Part shown: one piece after another, positions 27,556-41,486 of the stretch
Layout: each line of letters starts with the position of its first letter
Position numbering within the stretch: position 1 is the first letter of the stretch
From: Octopus sinensis
Lineage: Eukaryota
Length of the DNA: 64,000 bases
Direction of reading: 5' to 3'
Assembly: GCF_006345805.1 (NCBI RefSeq)
Contig: NC_042997.1
Span: forward strand, 65,906,001-65,970,000
Notes under the pieces: generated by a model
Database searches by the model: none
What the model saw: the letters and a program-made list of their open reading frames with translations, nothing else
Told to the model about the DNA's origin: nothing
Made by a program: the position numbers and the translations under genes

Positions 27556-28345
27556 CTAGCAGAACCTGTGAATATTTCACGGAATTAATAGTAACCTATT
27601 GGGTTATTCCTGAAAACTTTATCCAAAAAACCTTAAAGCGTAGTCTGTGTTGTGTCTGTATCAAAGGACAGTCACTCATCTGCTATTCATTAAAAGGTGA
27701 AGGAAATTGGAATATGATGATTACTTAATGCACATTTTATATATACTTTATATACTTGATGCACAATTTTATAGACTTAATATTCAGCACTCATAAAATA
27801 TATATTCACTCTTATTTTTCAATTTTTGCCATAAACAGAAAAAATTAGATTTTAAAATTCACACTGTCACACTTTCATATCTAGAAAACAAAAATTTTAT
27901 AGTTAAAAAAAATTAGTTTATATGTAAAATATAGGGCTCACAATTTCACTGGGGTAAAAATTTAATGCAACATAGCATACTCTGAAAACCACATCAGTGA
28001 TAACTTGTAAGCCAAGGCAATGGTTCAGAGCCAATACACATTTCAATTTGCATACACCTTTGAGTCCAATACTTCTTTGCAGACTATGTTCTTCATGTAA
28101 GTTCTTTTTCTTTTCTCTTGTATGTCAGTGTTGATAAATTTAACTTTCACATCAGATAGTTTGTGAGCTCTTGAGAATGCAACATGTAGCTGACCTTGGC
28201 TGAATACAGGTTCAGGCAAGAACAACTCCACTTTATCAAATGTTTGCCCTTATGATTTATTGATAGCCATTGCATATGGCAAGCGAACAGGAAACTGGTT
28301 TCTTTCTAAAGTGGATGGCAAGTTTGGGATGTGCATGCATTAAGT
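27556..28345 (-). mobile_element. Helitron 3' fragment (Pif1-helicase C-terminus plus terminus)
   Basis: [42 protein letters not shown]; terminal hairpin ccgtgaa-ata-ttcacagg, then CTAG followed by T. Confidence 0.9.
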
Positions 28346-30346
28346 GGTAGGTGATATAAAAAGCTTAGTTCAATGAAAAAAAATTTTACTTTTCACTATG
28401 CACTCGCCATTGCCACCATCACCACCTTCATCTCTCTCTCCCTCTCTTTCTCCTCTCTCTTTCTCTCACTCTCTCTCGTTTTCTCTCCCGTCCCCTCTCT
28501 CTGCCTTTCTTTAATCTCACCCCTTTGCTAAAAGTGTATTCTTAACTCTCCTCTATATCACTACCTTCAACTAACTTTCTTAACCACTTAATAAATATTA
28601 CATTCCCTCTACCACATGTCTATCTTTTCTCTCTCCTTTCTTTCTACCTGCTATTATCTACCTGCCTGATCCTTTTTCTCTCTCCCTCTTTTTCTCTAAT
28701 TCTATGAAAGTGTTACCAATGGGCTAAGTAATGAATGACAAGCAGAATTATTATAAGATTGTCGTTGTCATCGTCGTCATCATTTTACACCTAATTTTTC
28801 ATGCAAGCTTGAGTTAGATGAGTTGTGACAATCTGAGTCAGTTCTAATTCAGATTTATTACCCTCTTAGACAAGTGTGTAACATGTTCCACTAGTGAGTA
28901 TAGTGTGGTTTCTATGGCTAGAAGATCTTCCTGTTACCAACCACTTTAAAAACTTTATTTTATTATAGCATCAGCACCAGACTGGTTGTTTTGTCCTTAG
29001 CCAGACTGAAGAGTCTCCTCTGTCCTATATTGTCTCTATCTTTTGATTTGGAGAGAAGGTTTCTTACTTTTTCTTCCAGCATTTCCATTCATTATGTCAG
29101 GCAAGATTGGCAACTTTGTAAAGAATACATTACAAAATTACTGGAAACCATAAAACAGACAAAAATAGATATCATTTTATGGATAGAATAAGCCAGGCAA
29201 TACATTTGGAAGCGATGATTTTTAAACAACAGGTTTGACAAAGTTTCTTTCATAAATACTCTTTACTAAATCTGAGGATGCACCATTGAAAAGTAGTTGT
29301 TTTGATTAATTTGAAATTCTAATATTTTTACAGATCTCAGATTTCCATATCCCAGTTTGAGAACTCCTGCTTTAACCAGTACTATGAGTACTAAAGAGGT
29401 TGTTTTATTCTGACAAGACTAAACAGACACCCTTCTTCTCCTAATTGACTTCATTTGTTTGCTCTTTTTTTTTTTCCCATGCACACAACTTCATATGTAG
29501 ACAGGAGACATTTCCTATCATATTACTGATACTAGCGGGCATAGTATGGTATGGAATCTAGTAAAGCACCATTATATAAGCAATTAAATGACTATGATTC
29601 AGTACTACTGCTAATTTATACACAGTCATGGTGAAACTATGATACTCAGTGTTTATTACTTTCTGGACTTGCAATTACTGGAGAGAGAGGGGGGAGGGAG
29701 AATTATGTACATCAGAGGTGTGAATCACTTCTTTTTTTTTTTTTCTAGTATTAAGTTGGAATGTTTTTGTTTTCTCTTACTGGAAGGCAAAAGAGAAGAG
29801 CATCCATGTTATATCATAAGATCCTTTTAATACTAAGCTTTGGTGCGGGTGCTGGTGTCACATAAAAAACACTGGTTCTGGTGCCATGTAAAAAGCAATG
29901 ACACTGGTGCTATATGATAAGCACTGGTGCTGGTGCCGCATAAAAAGCACTGGTGATGGTGCCACTTAAAAAACACTTGTTATGGTGCCACATAAAAAGT
30001 ACTCCAAACATTCTGTGAAATGGTTGTCATTTGGAAGGGCATCCAGCCATAGAAACCAAGCCAAAACAGACTATGGAATGTGGAGCAGTCCCTGGCCTCG
30101 CCTGTTCCTGTCAAGCCTTGCCATCCATGCCAACTTAGAAAATGGATGTTAAATGATGATGATGACGATGATGATGATATTGTTTATGGAAATTAGTCTA
30201 AACAGTAATATTTATACAATTATATATGATTTTCAGTCATATGAATGCCACTCAATTATAAATTTAGTATAAACAACAATTTCCTGCTACCTAAAAAAAA
30301 AACAGAAGTAGGTAGGTGGGTTATAAAAAAAAATACAGTTGCTGAC

Positions 30347-30428
30347 CTGTGTATTTTGCCGACACCAGTCATTCCAGTATCTCCTACGTTGATGTAATTG
30401 GTTAAATCAAGGGTTGTTAACGGCACCT
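30347..30428 (-). CDS. LRR gene exon (82 nt, phase 1-2): EVPLTTLDLTNYINVGDTGMTGVGKIH
   Basis: Acceptor tccttcttgcag, donor gtcagc; LRR consensus. Confidence 0.9.
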
Positions 30429-31054
30429 CTGCAAGAAGGAAAGAATGATTTTAACATGAAAGAGTAAAATACCAAAATTAAAATTATAACTAAATTTGAA
30501 TATTTTATTTCTCGCTGTTGTTGAAGTGGTCCTGTCATAGATCACCCCAGACCAAAAGGTGTTCTAGCTGTGTATTTTTTATCACTTGTTCCAGTCATTA
30601 GACGGTGGCCATGCTGGGGCACCACCTTGAAGAATTTTAGTCAAATGAATCAACCCCAATACTTGCTAATTTATTTTAAGCCTGATACTTATTCTATCAG
30701 TCTCTTTTGATGAACTACTAAGTTATAAGGACAAACACACACCAGCAACAGTTGTCAAGCAGTAGTAGTGGTGAACAAACAAAACACAAAGACACACACA
30801 CACATATATATGTGTGTATATATATATACACACACACACACTATTACTAAACAGTGAGAATAAATGATCAACACTGCATTGGTGGATAAATATTCTTTAT
30901 TTGTGGCTTAACTAGGCTACCAATAGATTCATTGGTAGCCTTGTTCCCTTAAAATAGCTCCCTTAAAATGTAAGAAGTTAAGGATTGAAAAACTTGCCAG
31001 ATGGAGTGGGGGGGGGTACTTCTCTGAAGACGTTCTGCTGTTCAGTTCTTTTTT

Positions 31055-31422
31055 ACATATAATATTTTTTTTTTACTATGTAATTTTCGATTTCTAGATA
31101 TGAAAGTGTGACATTGTGAATTTTAAAATCTAATTTTTTCTGTTTATGGCAAAAAGGGGAAAATATGACTGAATATTTATTTTATGAGTGCTGCATATTA
31201 AGTCTATAAAATTTTGCATCAAGTATATAAAGTATATATAAAATGTGCATTAAGTAATCATCGTATTCCGATTTCTTTGACTTTTCAATGAGTAGCAGAT
31301 GAGTGACTATCTTTCCATACAGACACAACACAGGCTACGCTTTCAGATCTTTTGGATAAAGTTTTCAGGAATAACCCAATAGGTTACTATTAATTCCGTG
31401 AAATATTCACAGGTTCTGCTAG
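31055..31422 (+). mobile_element. Second copy of the same Helitron 3' end (non-coding part)
   Basis: Inverted match to 27556-27925; same hairpin and CTAG-T. Confidence 0.88.
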
Positions 31423-31974
31423 TAATAATGATAATAATTGCTCAGTACCGCAGATTTGATTGTCACTTGCTTGACCTTAACCAGTTGAGCATATTCCTTA
31501 GCGGCTGATGACATGTGAATCTCTGATCCCAAGCAGAATGGAGGAGCATCATAGCCATGAGGACACCTTGGGCATGTGTCTTCTACTATAGCCTCAGCTC
31601 AACCAAAGCCTTGTGAATGGATTTGGTAGACAGAAATTGAAAGAAGCCCATCATATACTTGTGTGTGTGTGTGTTTCTGTCTATTTGTCCCCCACCAATG
31701 CTTGATAAGCAGTGTGCTCATGTTCCTGTAAATTAGTGGTTCAGCAAAAGATACTGATAAAATACGTACTAGGCTAAAAAAATAAAGAAGTCCTGGGATC
31801 AATTTATTCAACTGAAACCCTTCAAGGTGGAACCCCAGCATGGCCACAGTCAAATGACAGGTGTAAAAGATAAAAGGTAAAAAATAGTGTAGCCTACTAT
31901 ATTGCAGGACTGTGTAGTGCAAGGAATTATGATAGTGTTATGTGACACAGGATAGTGAATTATAGTGTAATATT

Positions 31975-32460
31975 AAGAGTACCAGAAAGTAATGTATTCT
32001 CAAGCAAATACTCTTATGTTATACCACAAGAGGATCCCTATCAAAGTATCAGGGACTTATGTCAGAGGCTTAATAAACCTTGGTCTACTGTGCAAGACCA
32101 TCTCAAGCAGATTGAGAAAATGTATAGAGAATGGAATTGGGTCTAATGAGCTCTCCACCAAAAATAAAGCAGCGTGTTGAAATAAGATAACCCGAGATAA
32201 ATTCATTAGGCTGGGAAGCTCCACTTTTTGAGGTTGAGCTTCCCAGCACCATCAGATTTTTACTTATTCAGGTTACTTGAACACTTTACCTGTAGAAAAG
32301 CATTCAGAAGTAGGGATGATGCTGAATCGGCCCACTAAACATAATTCTCATCTTAAGAACATGATATTTTTTTTGCCCAAGAAATCAGAAAACTGGTTTG
32401 GAGATGGAAAAAAATACTAGAGCTAACAATGGGGATTATATTTTGAATACATAAATATAG
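31975..32460 (+). mobile_element. Deleted mariner transposase fragment
   Basis: EDPYQSIRDLCQRLNKPWSTVQDHLKQI..WNWV*.EL (WVPHEL region), LGWEA...APSDFYLF, IRKLVWRWKK. Confidence 0.75.
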
Positions 32461-34550
32461 TTACCATATGTTTTATGTAGATTTGAATGTTAGATAACAT
32501 GCAACATTACTTTTTGGTACCCCAAATAACATAGTCAGAGTAGTATAGTGTAATACGAGGAGGAGTTCTGGTATTTTTTGTAATGATTGAAATAGATGTT
32601 TGTTTGTGTCTGGAAGGTAGAAATTATTCCAATACTTTCATATTCCAATATGTTTATACTCTTAAATTTCCATATTAACTGTTTGGTTGTTTACTTCAGT
32701 AGAGACTAAGTCTCTCTCTCAAAAAAAGAAAAAAAAAAACTCATTTCTTGCACTATTTCTCTTCCCAAGACAACTCTGCCTGTTATTACAAAGAATATAC
32801 TAATCTGTGTATGTTATTATACTTAGTCTTGCTCTGAAGATTAAATATATGAACCAAATGGAAACTATAACATATGAATATCAAATGTTTCATCTAGTTC
32901 TTTTTTTTTATTCTTTTACTTGTTTCAGTCATTAAACTGTGGCCATGCTGGGGCACCACCTTGAAGAATTCATTTTTAGTCAAATGAATTGATCCCAATA
33001 CTTATTTTTTCTTCTTAAGCCTGGTACTTATTCTATCAGTCTCTTTTGCCAAGCTGCAAAGTTATGAGGATGTATAAACACTAGCACTGGTTGCCAAGTG
33101 GTAATGGTGGTGTATGAACACAAACACACACACACACACCACACACACACACACACACACACGCATGCACACACACACATACACACACACACATACACAC
33201 ACACATATACGATAGGCTTTTATCAGTTTCCATCTACTAAATCGACTCACAAGGCTTTTGGTTAGCCTGAGGCTATAGTAGACGGCACTTGCCCAAGGTG
33301 CCACACAGTGGGAAGAAACCTTCTTACCACACAACCATGCTTGCATCTATGGGGATTTTTATTTTTATTTTTTTTTGCATCCAATTAGCTCTCAAATAAA
33401 TTCCTGTAACTAGCTTGAGCATTTAATAACACACTTCGTATTGCAAATTCCTTTCAAAATTGTTAGCTCCTACTGCCATTTAATGGTAGTATGTATTTTG
33501 TGTCCGGGATTTAGAATAGCTACACAGTATCCTTGAGTGATATAACAAGTGATTAATATTGTTGGCAACAGGAAGGGCATTCAATCAGAAAACAGAGCCT
33601 CACAAGGCTTTGGTCTGCAATGGGCTATAGTTGAATACTGTTGCACATGGTGCCACACAAAGACGAGTGGCTTTGTGGTTAGGTTGTTGCACTCAAGATC
33701 TTATGATCATGGTTTTGATTTGCAGATCAAGTTGCGTGGTGTGTTCTTGAGCACCTCATTTCACTTTGCACCAGCTTATTCAGATGCAAATGCTTTCCAG
33801 CAATAGTTGGGAAATAAGCCCTGAGATAGACTGGTGCCTGACTCAGCAGGGACAAATAAGCATTACATTTGATTGAGTAACCTGAATATTAAAGAATTTA
33901 AACCCTGATCATGGAAATCCAGATTAAGCTATTCGTCGTCATCAACAACAACAACATCCATTTTCCATGCTGGTATGAGTTGGATGGCTTGACAGGGGCT
34001 GGCTAGGCAGAAAACTACACTAGGCCTCACTGTCTGTTTTTACGCCTGGATGCCTTTCCTAACACCAAACATGAAAAGAATAAAGTGCCACACAGTGGGA
34101 CTGAACCTGAAACTATGTTATTGAAAAGTAAATTTCTAAACAACACAGCAATGCCTGTGCCTAGCCATATACACACATACACACACTTGACAACATTATT
34201 TGTATTTGTAATGCAAAGTGATAGCTATTAACAAAACTGAAATATCTTGTTTCACAAATCATGTTTTCCCCACAAATAATAAAAAGGAAATGTTAAAAGA
34301 AAAAAAAAGCAAACCTACAAAATAATGGGAAGCAACTGCAAATTTATGTGTGCTTCTGTCATATGATGCTCATTCCAAAACTATTTCCTAAACTACTAAC
34401 ATTAAAATCATATTACTTCAAAGAAGCAAAGAATATCTCTCAAAATACAGTAACATACAACTGCATATTGTTGTCACTTGGCAGCTGCTGCTACTCATGA
34501 CATTATCAACATACTGCTGAAGTGATTGGCAATTAGCACATAGAAAGCAC

Positions 34551-34608
<58 letters not shown>

Positions 34609-35454
34609 AATTTTCTATTATAGGCACAAGGCATAATAATAGTCATCATCATTATTATTATAACTATTATTATTATTGTTATTGTTATTAATAATAATGA
34701 TAGTAAGGTGAGCTGTCAGAATCGTTAGCACACCGGGTGAAATGCTTAGTGGTATTTCACCTGCCACTACGTTCCAAGTTCAAATTCTGCCATGGTCGAC
34801 TTTGCCTTTCATCCTTTCAGGGTTGATCAAATAAATACCAGTGAAGCACTGGGGTCGATGTAACTGACAAATCCCCACACCTCCAAGCTGCTCTTGTGAC
34901 AAAAATTTGAAATAATAATAATTATTATTATTGTTGTTATTATTTTTATTATTATTATTATTATTATTATTAATGAAAATGATAATGAGGTGAGCTGGCA
35001 GAATTGTTAGCACACTGGGCAAAATGCTTGGCAGCATTTTGTCTCACTCTATGTTCTGAGTTTAAAATCTGCCAAGGTCAACTTTGCCTTTCATTCTTTC
35101 AGGGTCAATAAAATAAGTACCAGTTACACACTGGGGTCAATGTAATCAACTAGCCCCCACTTACCCCCAAAATCTTCAAGGCTTTGTGGCTAGAGTACAA
35201 ATAATTATTATTATCATTATTATTATTGTTATTATTGAGTGAGAGAGCAATGCATGTCAAAGCGACACTGGGATACTAAATATATGAAGCCAAATATACC
35301 CATCATGACTATCCGTCTAATAAAGGTACACCAGGCACAGGCATCACAAATAGGTGTAATATGGTGATCTTATATCAAGACAAACAGTACATGACCTTTC
35401 AAGTGGGGCCCAGTTAGAATTTTCTTCAGGGTAAGTAGCCCATTATTATTATTT

Positions 35455-35830
35455 CTTGTGTTTTTAATAATTTCTATAAAACTGGCTTGATTTTCTTTTT
35501 GCAGGATAAGAGCAGTGCCTAATAAGGTAGTTATCTATTTTTTTCTGTGAAGTGCTGATATTATATTTGATTTTGAATTGGTCAATGCATTGTGGCAGCT
35601 TCTTTGTGATGGATGCCAGCGCTTCTACCACTACAGGAATAATCTCCGTAGTGGTGTTACACATTCTTCCTAGTTCTAACTTCAAGCTTTGCATAGTTGG
35701 TAATTTTTACAACTTCTTTAGCTGCCATATTAGGGTTACCTGGGGCTGCTCTATCAATAACAAAAGTTTCATGGGAATATGATGTCCAGTCATCAGTGTT
35801 ATGTCCATTTGTACATTAAAGTCCAACAGA
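35455..35830 (-). mobile_element. R4/Dong-like LINE 3' fragment (restriction-like endonuclease region) with (AAT)n tail
   Basis: IDRAAPGNPNMAAKEVVKITNYAKL / LELGRMCNTTTEIIPVVVEAL. Confidence 0.7.
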
Positions 35831-36061
35831 ATTTTAGCATTTCATGGGTGCTGATGCCATGTAAAACGCACTTGTGTGTGTGTGTGTGAACAGAGGTGTG
35901 TGTGTATAGATATAGATACGACAGGCTTCTTACAATTTCCATCTATCAAATTTCCTCATAAGGCTTTGGTCAGCCTGAGGCTATAGTAGTATACATTACC
36001 CAAGGTGACATGCAGCAAGACTGAACCAAGACTACATGATTTGGGAAGTAAGCTTCACAGC

Positions 36062-36099
<38 letters not shown>

Positions 36100-36626
36100 C
36101 ACATACACATTTAATATAGAAAAATGCCATAACATAGTTGAGTGATAATTAATAACAAATATTAACATGATTGTCACTTCAACTTGTTTTATATCTGTGA
36201 AATATAGATGAATAAAAGCAAAAAATACAGACAGTTTCAGATACATGGAAAATAAATAAAGAAAAAACTGAGAGAGAAAATCTTGCATTAAAGTGAAAAT
36301 AACAAGCCTGGTTCTTTGAGTATATTCATTGCCAGTAAGTTTTAAATTTGAAGTCACCTTTGCCATATTATTATATATTATATAGAATATATATAGTCCT
36401 TATATACATACTGTACCACTTCACCATGAAATAAAATTATAAAAACTATCTCTTGATTCTCTTTTAGCGCTAGCAGCATTTAAGTTTGTTTTGTAACAGA
36501 TCAAAAAGAAAATTAATAACTAGCTTTAAACACCCTACAGGTGGAGAGGAAGAAGAAGTGTATGCAGAATATGAATGCAGAGGTGTATGCAGAATATGTA
36601 TGCAGACGACAAGCCGAGGTACAAAC

Positions 36627-36698
36627 CTGAAAGATGCAATATTCCTTCATCTGTAGTCTGGTGACGGCTGGGTAATTTAATTTCTTTCAATTTCAAAG
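36627..36698 (-). CDS. LRR gene exon (72 nt, phase 1-1): SLKLKEIKLPSRHQTTDEGILHLS
   Basis: Acceptor ctttttccag, donor gtttgt; without this exon the 43039-30428 join would create TAG. Confidence 0.9.
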
Positions 36699-37024
36699 CT
36701 GGAAAAAGCAGGAACATAAAGGTAATGTCGAGAAAATAAAAAAATTTAAAAATTATAAATTAAGATAAGAAAATAAGAAAACAAACAAATAAAACCTGAT
36801 ATAATACATGTAATATATACCTCCTATCACTGAAAATTGGAGGTAACACACAAAGATTAATGAAAAAGACATACACTGATATAAATATATACATATCTCC
36901 ACTAATATATATATGTATATATATATAATCTATATGTGTGTGTGTGTGTATGTATGTATAGATATCAGCATAATATATAAATACATTGTATACGTGCGTG
37001 CGTATCTGCATACTACATATATGC

Positions 37025-37055
<31 letters not shown>

Positions 37056-37323
37056 TGTATATGCATATGTTTTATGTGTGTGTATGTGTATTACATATAT
37101 ATAAAGTATGCATGTGTTTGTCTGTGTATGTACAATTACATATGTATAATAAAAATCATCAGATTGTGGAAATATCACAAAACAACCAGAACTGCAATCA
37201 TTCAAAAGTAAAAGATAAGATTAAAAGAAGTTACTCCTGGATGTATGGAGAGAGAGAGAAAGAGAGAGAGTGTGTGTGTGTGTGTGTGTGTATGAGTAGT
37301 ATATGCATGCTTGTGAATGTCGG

Positions 37324-37365
<42 letters not shown>

Positions 37366-37973
37366 TTATAGCTAGTGTGCATTTGTTCATAATAAAAAGG
37401 CTTTCATAAACAGAGTAAAGTACTCAATACGAGATTATCTATCTATCTATTTATATATATACACACACACATGTATGCATATAAGCTGATACAGGTATAT
37501 ATGAAAATACACTCGCACATACATACATACATACATATGCACAATACAAGCAAAGAGTGAGAAACATTTGACAGAAAAGATTTTCGTACTTCTTTGCGCC
37601 ATTTATTGGTAAAATTGACTGCAAACGTCATGGGAAAAAAAAATTAAAAGGCTACAGCACTGTATGAGAGACTAATACATATGCATGTGTTTCTTTGAAA
37701 GCCATGATATAGTCTGTGATGGGAACAATTACCTAATAGAGTCTAGAGATGTTAAGAAGATGAATGGCAACGAAATATATTTATACAAATACACACACAC
37801 ACACAAGTATATGTACATATATACCCTTACATATGTGTGTATATAAAAATATATATATATACACACACACATGCAGATATATCTATATACACACACAGAT
37901 ATATATATATATATATATATACAGACACACATATCATTCTCCCTCCCTCTCTCTGAGTGTATAGAGACATGCA

Positions 37974-38009
<36 letters not shown>

Positions 38010-38746
38010 TGCAGACAGGCACAGAAATAGTTCTTTTACTATATGTTAATGTTCTAGAACCCTCTGGTGTTTGAATATTAATATAATTCTAGTAAAAAGA
38101 ATTCTTAATCCATTTTTCCCCAATATTGAGTGCCCACTCTTCCAGTTTGACCCCCCTCCCCACTACCACCACCACCACTTGACAACCAGTATTGGTTTGT
38201 TTACATTCCCATAATTTAGCAGTTCACCAAAAGGAGTCTGATAAAATAAGTGCTAAACTTGAAAGTAAAAGTACTGGGATCAATTTGTCTGACTAAACCC
38301 TCCAAGGTGGTGCCCCAGCATGACCATGGTCTAATGACTAAAAGAATAAAAGAATACACATATATATATTATTTCTTTATCTTTTACTTGTTTCAGTTAT
38401 TGGGTGGTGGCCATGCTGAGGCATTGTCTTGGAGAAGTTTTAGTTGAATGAATTGACCACAGTACTTATTATTTTTAAGGCTGGTACTAATTCTATTGGT
38501 CTCTTTTGCCATACTGGTAAGTTACAGTAACATAAATACACCAACACCAGTTGTCAAATGGTGGTAGGGGATATACACACACACAAACCATGAATTTCTT
38601 TCAGTTTCTGTCTCCCAAATCCAGTCACAAGGCTACGGCAGAAGATACTTGCCCAAGATGTCACACAGTGGGACTGAACCCAGAACCATGTGGTTGAGAA
38701 GCAAGCTTCTTACTACACAGCCAAGTACCCCCTACACATATACATG

Positions 38747-38782
<36 letters not shown>

Positions 38783-39778
38783 ATATATATATATATATAA
38801 TAGAAATTCACATATCCAGCCACACACACACACATTTCTCTAGTATTGAGTATTGCTTATTTCATTCCCTACTTCTACTATCATATCTCTGCCTCTGATA
38901 TTTTCCAGTTGGTTGAGCACTAAATGTGAGCAGAGACTGATACACTAACCAATGTCAAATTATGCAATTATATGTATTTTTCTGAAGCACTTCAAAAAAC
39001 AACTTATAAGAAAGTGAAGAATGAAGTAGAAGGACTATTTTCTCCATTAAATCTAAGCTTAATGTAACTACAGATAATGAGTCCCATTTTAAGACAAACA
39101 TGAACTTTCAGTGCACTGAGGTCACAGAAATACTGAAGATGGACCTGGCATGGCTGTGTGGTAAGAAACATGCTTCTCAACCACATGGTTCCAGATTCAG
39201 TCCCCCACTGTATGGCACCTGGGGCAAATGTCTTCTACTCTAACCTCAGGCCAGCCAAAGCCTTGTGAGAGGATTTGGGAGATGAAAACTGAAAAAGGTC
39301 TATCGTATGTGTGTGTTTGTCCCTCACCACCACTTGACAATTGGTGTAGGTTTGTTTATGCCGCACCATAACTTAGCAGTTCAGCTTAAGTGATTGGCAG
39401 AATAAGTACCTGGCTTAAAACAAAAAAAGTACTGAGGTCGATTCGTTTGTCTAAAAACTCTTCAAGGCAGTGCCCTAGCATGGCCACAGCATAATGAGCA
39501 AAACAAATCAAAGATTTAACAATATACCAATAGTTTCCATACTAACTTGAAACAGTTACTAAGGTTGGGCGCCCTTCCTAAAGCCCACTACTTTACAGAG
39601 TGTACTAGGTCATCATCATCATTTAACATTGATTTCTCTATTCTGGCATGGGTTAGACAGTTTGACAGAAGCCAGTGGACTGCAACAAGCGCTAATGTTT
39701 ACTTTGGCATAGTATGTATATATATATATAAAGAGTAGTATGTATACATACACACACACACATGCATGTGTACACATG

Positions 39779-39821
<43 letters not shown>

Positions 39822-39835
39822 CATACATACATACA

Positions 39836-40129
39836 CAGGTCATTGTCGACTTACAACCTATCCAACGTATGACCGATCGACTTTACAACAATTGGCACGC
39901 CAGCTCCCCGTAGCAAAAATAAATAGTCCAGTCGGAATCTAACGGGTTTAATTTCTAAGAAATTTTTGACTAATGCCAGTATAATAGTATAATACAGAAT
40001 GCTGTGTGTGACTTTTACCTGAGAATGTACCTTAAGAATGTAAAAATATAAAACAAAGCTATATAAGACCTATAGGCCAACTTAGGACCAGTCAGTTGGA
40101 ACCAATTGTGGTTGTAAGTCAACAGTGAG

Positions 40130-40132
<3 letters not shown>
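39836..40132. mobile_element. Tigger/pogo-type MITE
   Basis: TIR caggtcattgtcgacttacaacc / ggttgtaagtcaacagtgagctg. Confidence 0.72.
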
Positions 40133-40174
<42 letters not shown>

Positions 40175-40176
40175 TA

Positions 40177-41486
40177 TTGGGTAATCCCATAAATAATGCG
40201 TTTTTTATACTTTTTCAAAATTAAGATAAACAAAGTTCTTTTTTAATCTAAAATATACTCTCCATTTTCTACAATGCTCTTCCATCTATCTAGTAGACTT
40301 GCAAGGCCCCTCTTCCAAAATTCACTTGTCTGTGATGAAAAATACTCTTCCATGATTATTTTGACCTCGTCCACAGAATTTATAATTTTTCCATACAAAT
40401 GATTTTGAAAACTGCAGAAAAATGATAATCAGATGGGGCAATGTCCAATATATATCGTGGGTGAGGCATCATTACCCATTCAAACTGCTCCAGCCTTTGG
40501 AATGTCATCTTCACTGTATGTGGCCAAGCATTATCCTGATGGAAGAACACCTTTCATCTTGAAACCAAAGATGGTCATTTTTCTTCTAGCGCTGACTTAA
40601 GCCATTTTTCGTCTAGCACTAACTTAAGCCATTTTTCTTCTACCACTGACTCAAGCTTCTCACAGTAGATATCCTTTGTTATCTTTGGTTTGGGTTTAAA
40701 AGTTCAAAGTGGACAAAACCTTTCATATCCCACCAAACAGATAACAACACCTTACATGGGTGAAGACCTTCTTTAGCCTGGAGTTCCGGTGTTTCTCTTT
40801 TCCCTACCCACTGTCTTTGGCATTTGATATCTTTATAGAGAACCCATTTCGCATCACGAGTCACTATTCAGCCCCCAAAAAGTTCATTCGTGAGACGTGA
40901 CAGTAAAGAAGAGTACCCATTTACTCTCTGTGCAATTAGACTCGGAAAGTTTGTGAGGAATTCAATGACCCAATTTGCTGACTTTTCCAATGGCATTCAG
41001 GTGTCGATGAATGGTTGAATGACCAAAGCCAAGCTTCTCTGCTAGTTCCTCATTAGTTACAATGGGACTTTGTTCCACCAGGGTTTGCAGGACATCCTCA
41101 TCAAGATCTACAGATCTTCCAGGATGAGACTTGTCTTCTAGGCTGTAGTTTCCAGCTCAGAATTTCTGGAACCACCATTGACACTGGCTTATGCTTATTG
41201 TCCGATCCCCATATACTGCATTAATATTCCTTGCACTTACCATTGTGTTGTTGCTTCTATTGAACTCATAAAGCAAAATATGCTAAATATGCTCCTTCGT
41301 CACTTCCATTATAGCTTTGAAAAAATAACTGTTAAAATCAAACTGCACTCTTCAAAACTTGCATTAAGAACAAGGTAAAATCATTACCAGCTTTTATAGC
41401 ATGTTGATGCAGGTAGTTTATGCTGTCCCCCTCCAACTTTTATTTCATGCAGTTGAAAAAACTTCATTATTTATGGAATGACCCAA
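40177..41486 (-). mobile_element. Near full-length (1310 bp) decayed mariner transposon
   Basis: TIRs ttgggtaatcccataaataatg / cattatttatggaatgacccaa; TA flanks; TRDAKWVLY...LHPCKVLLSVWWDMKG..HFELL. Confidence 0.9.
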
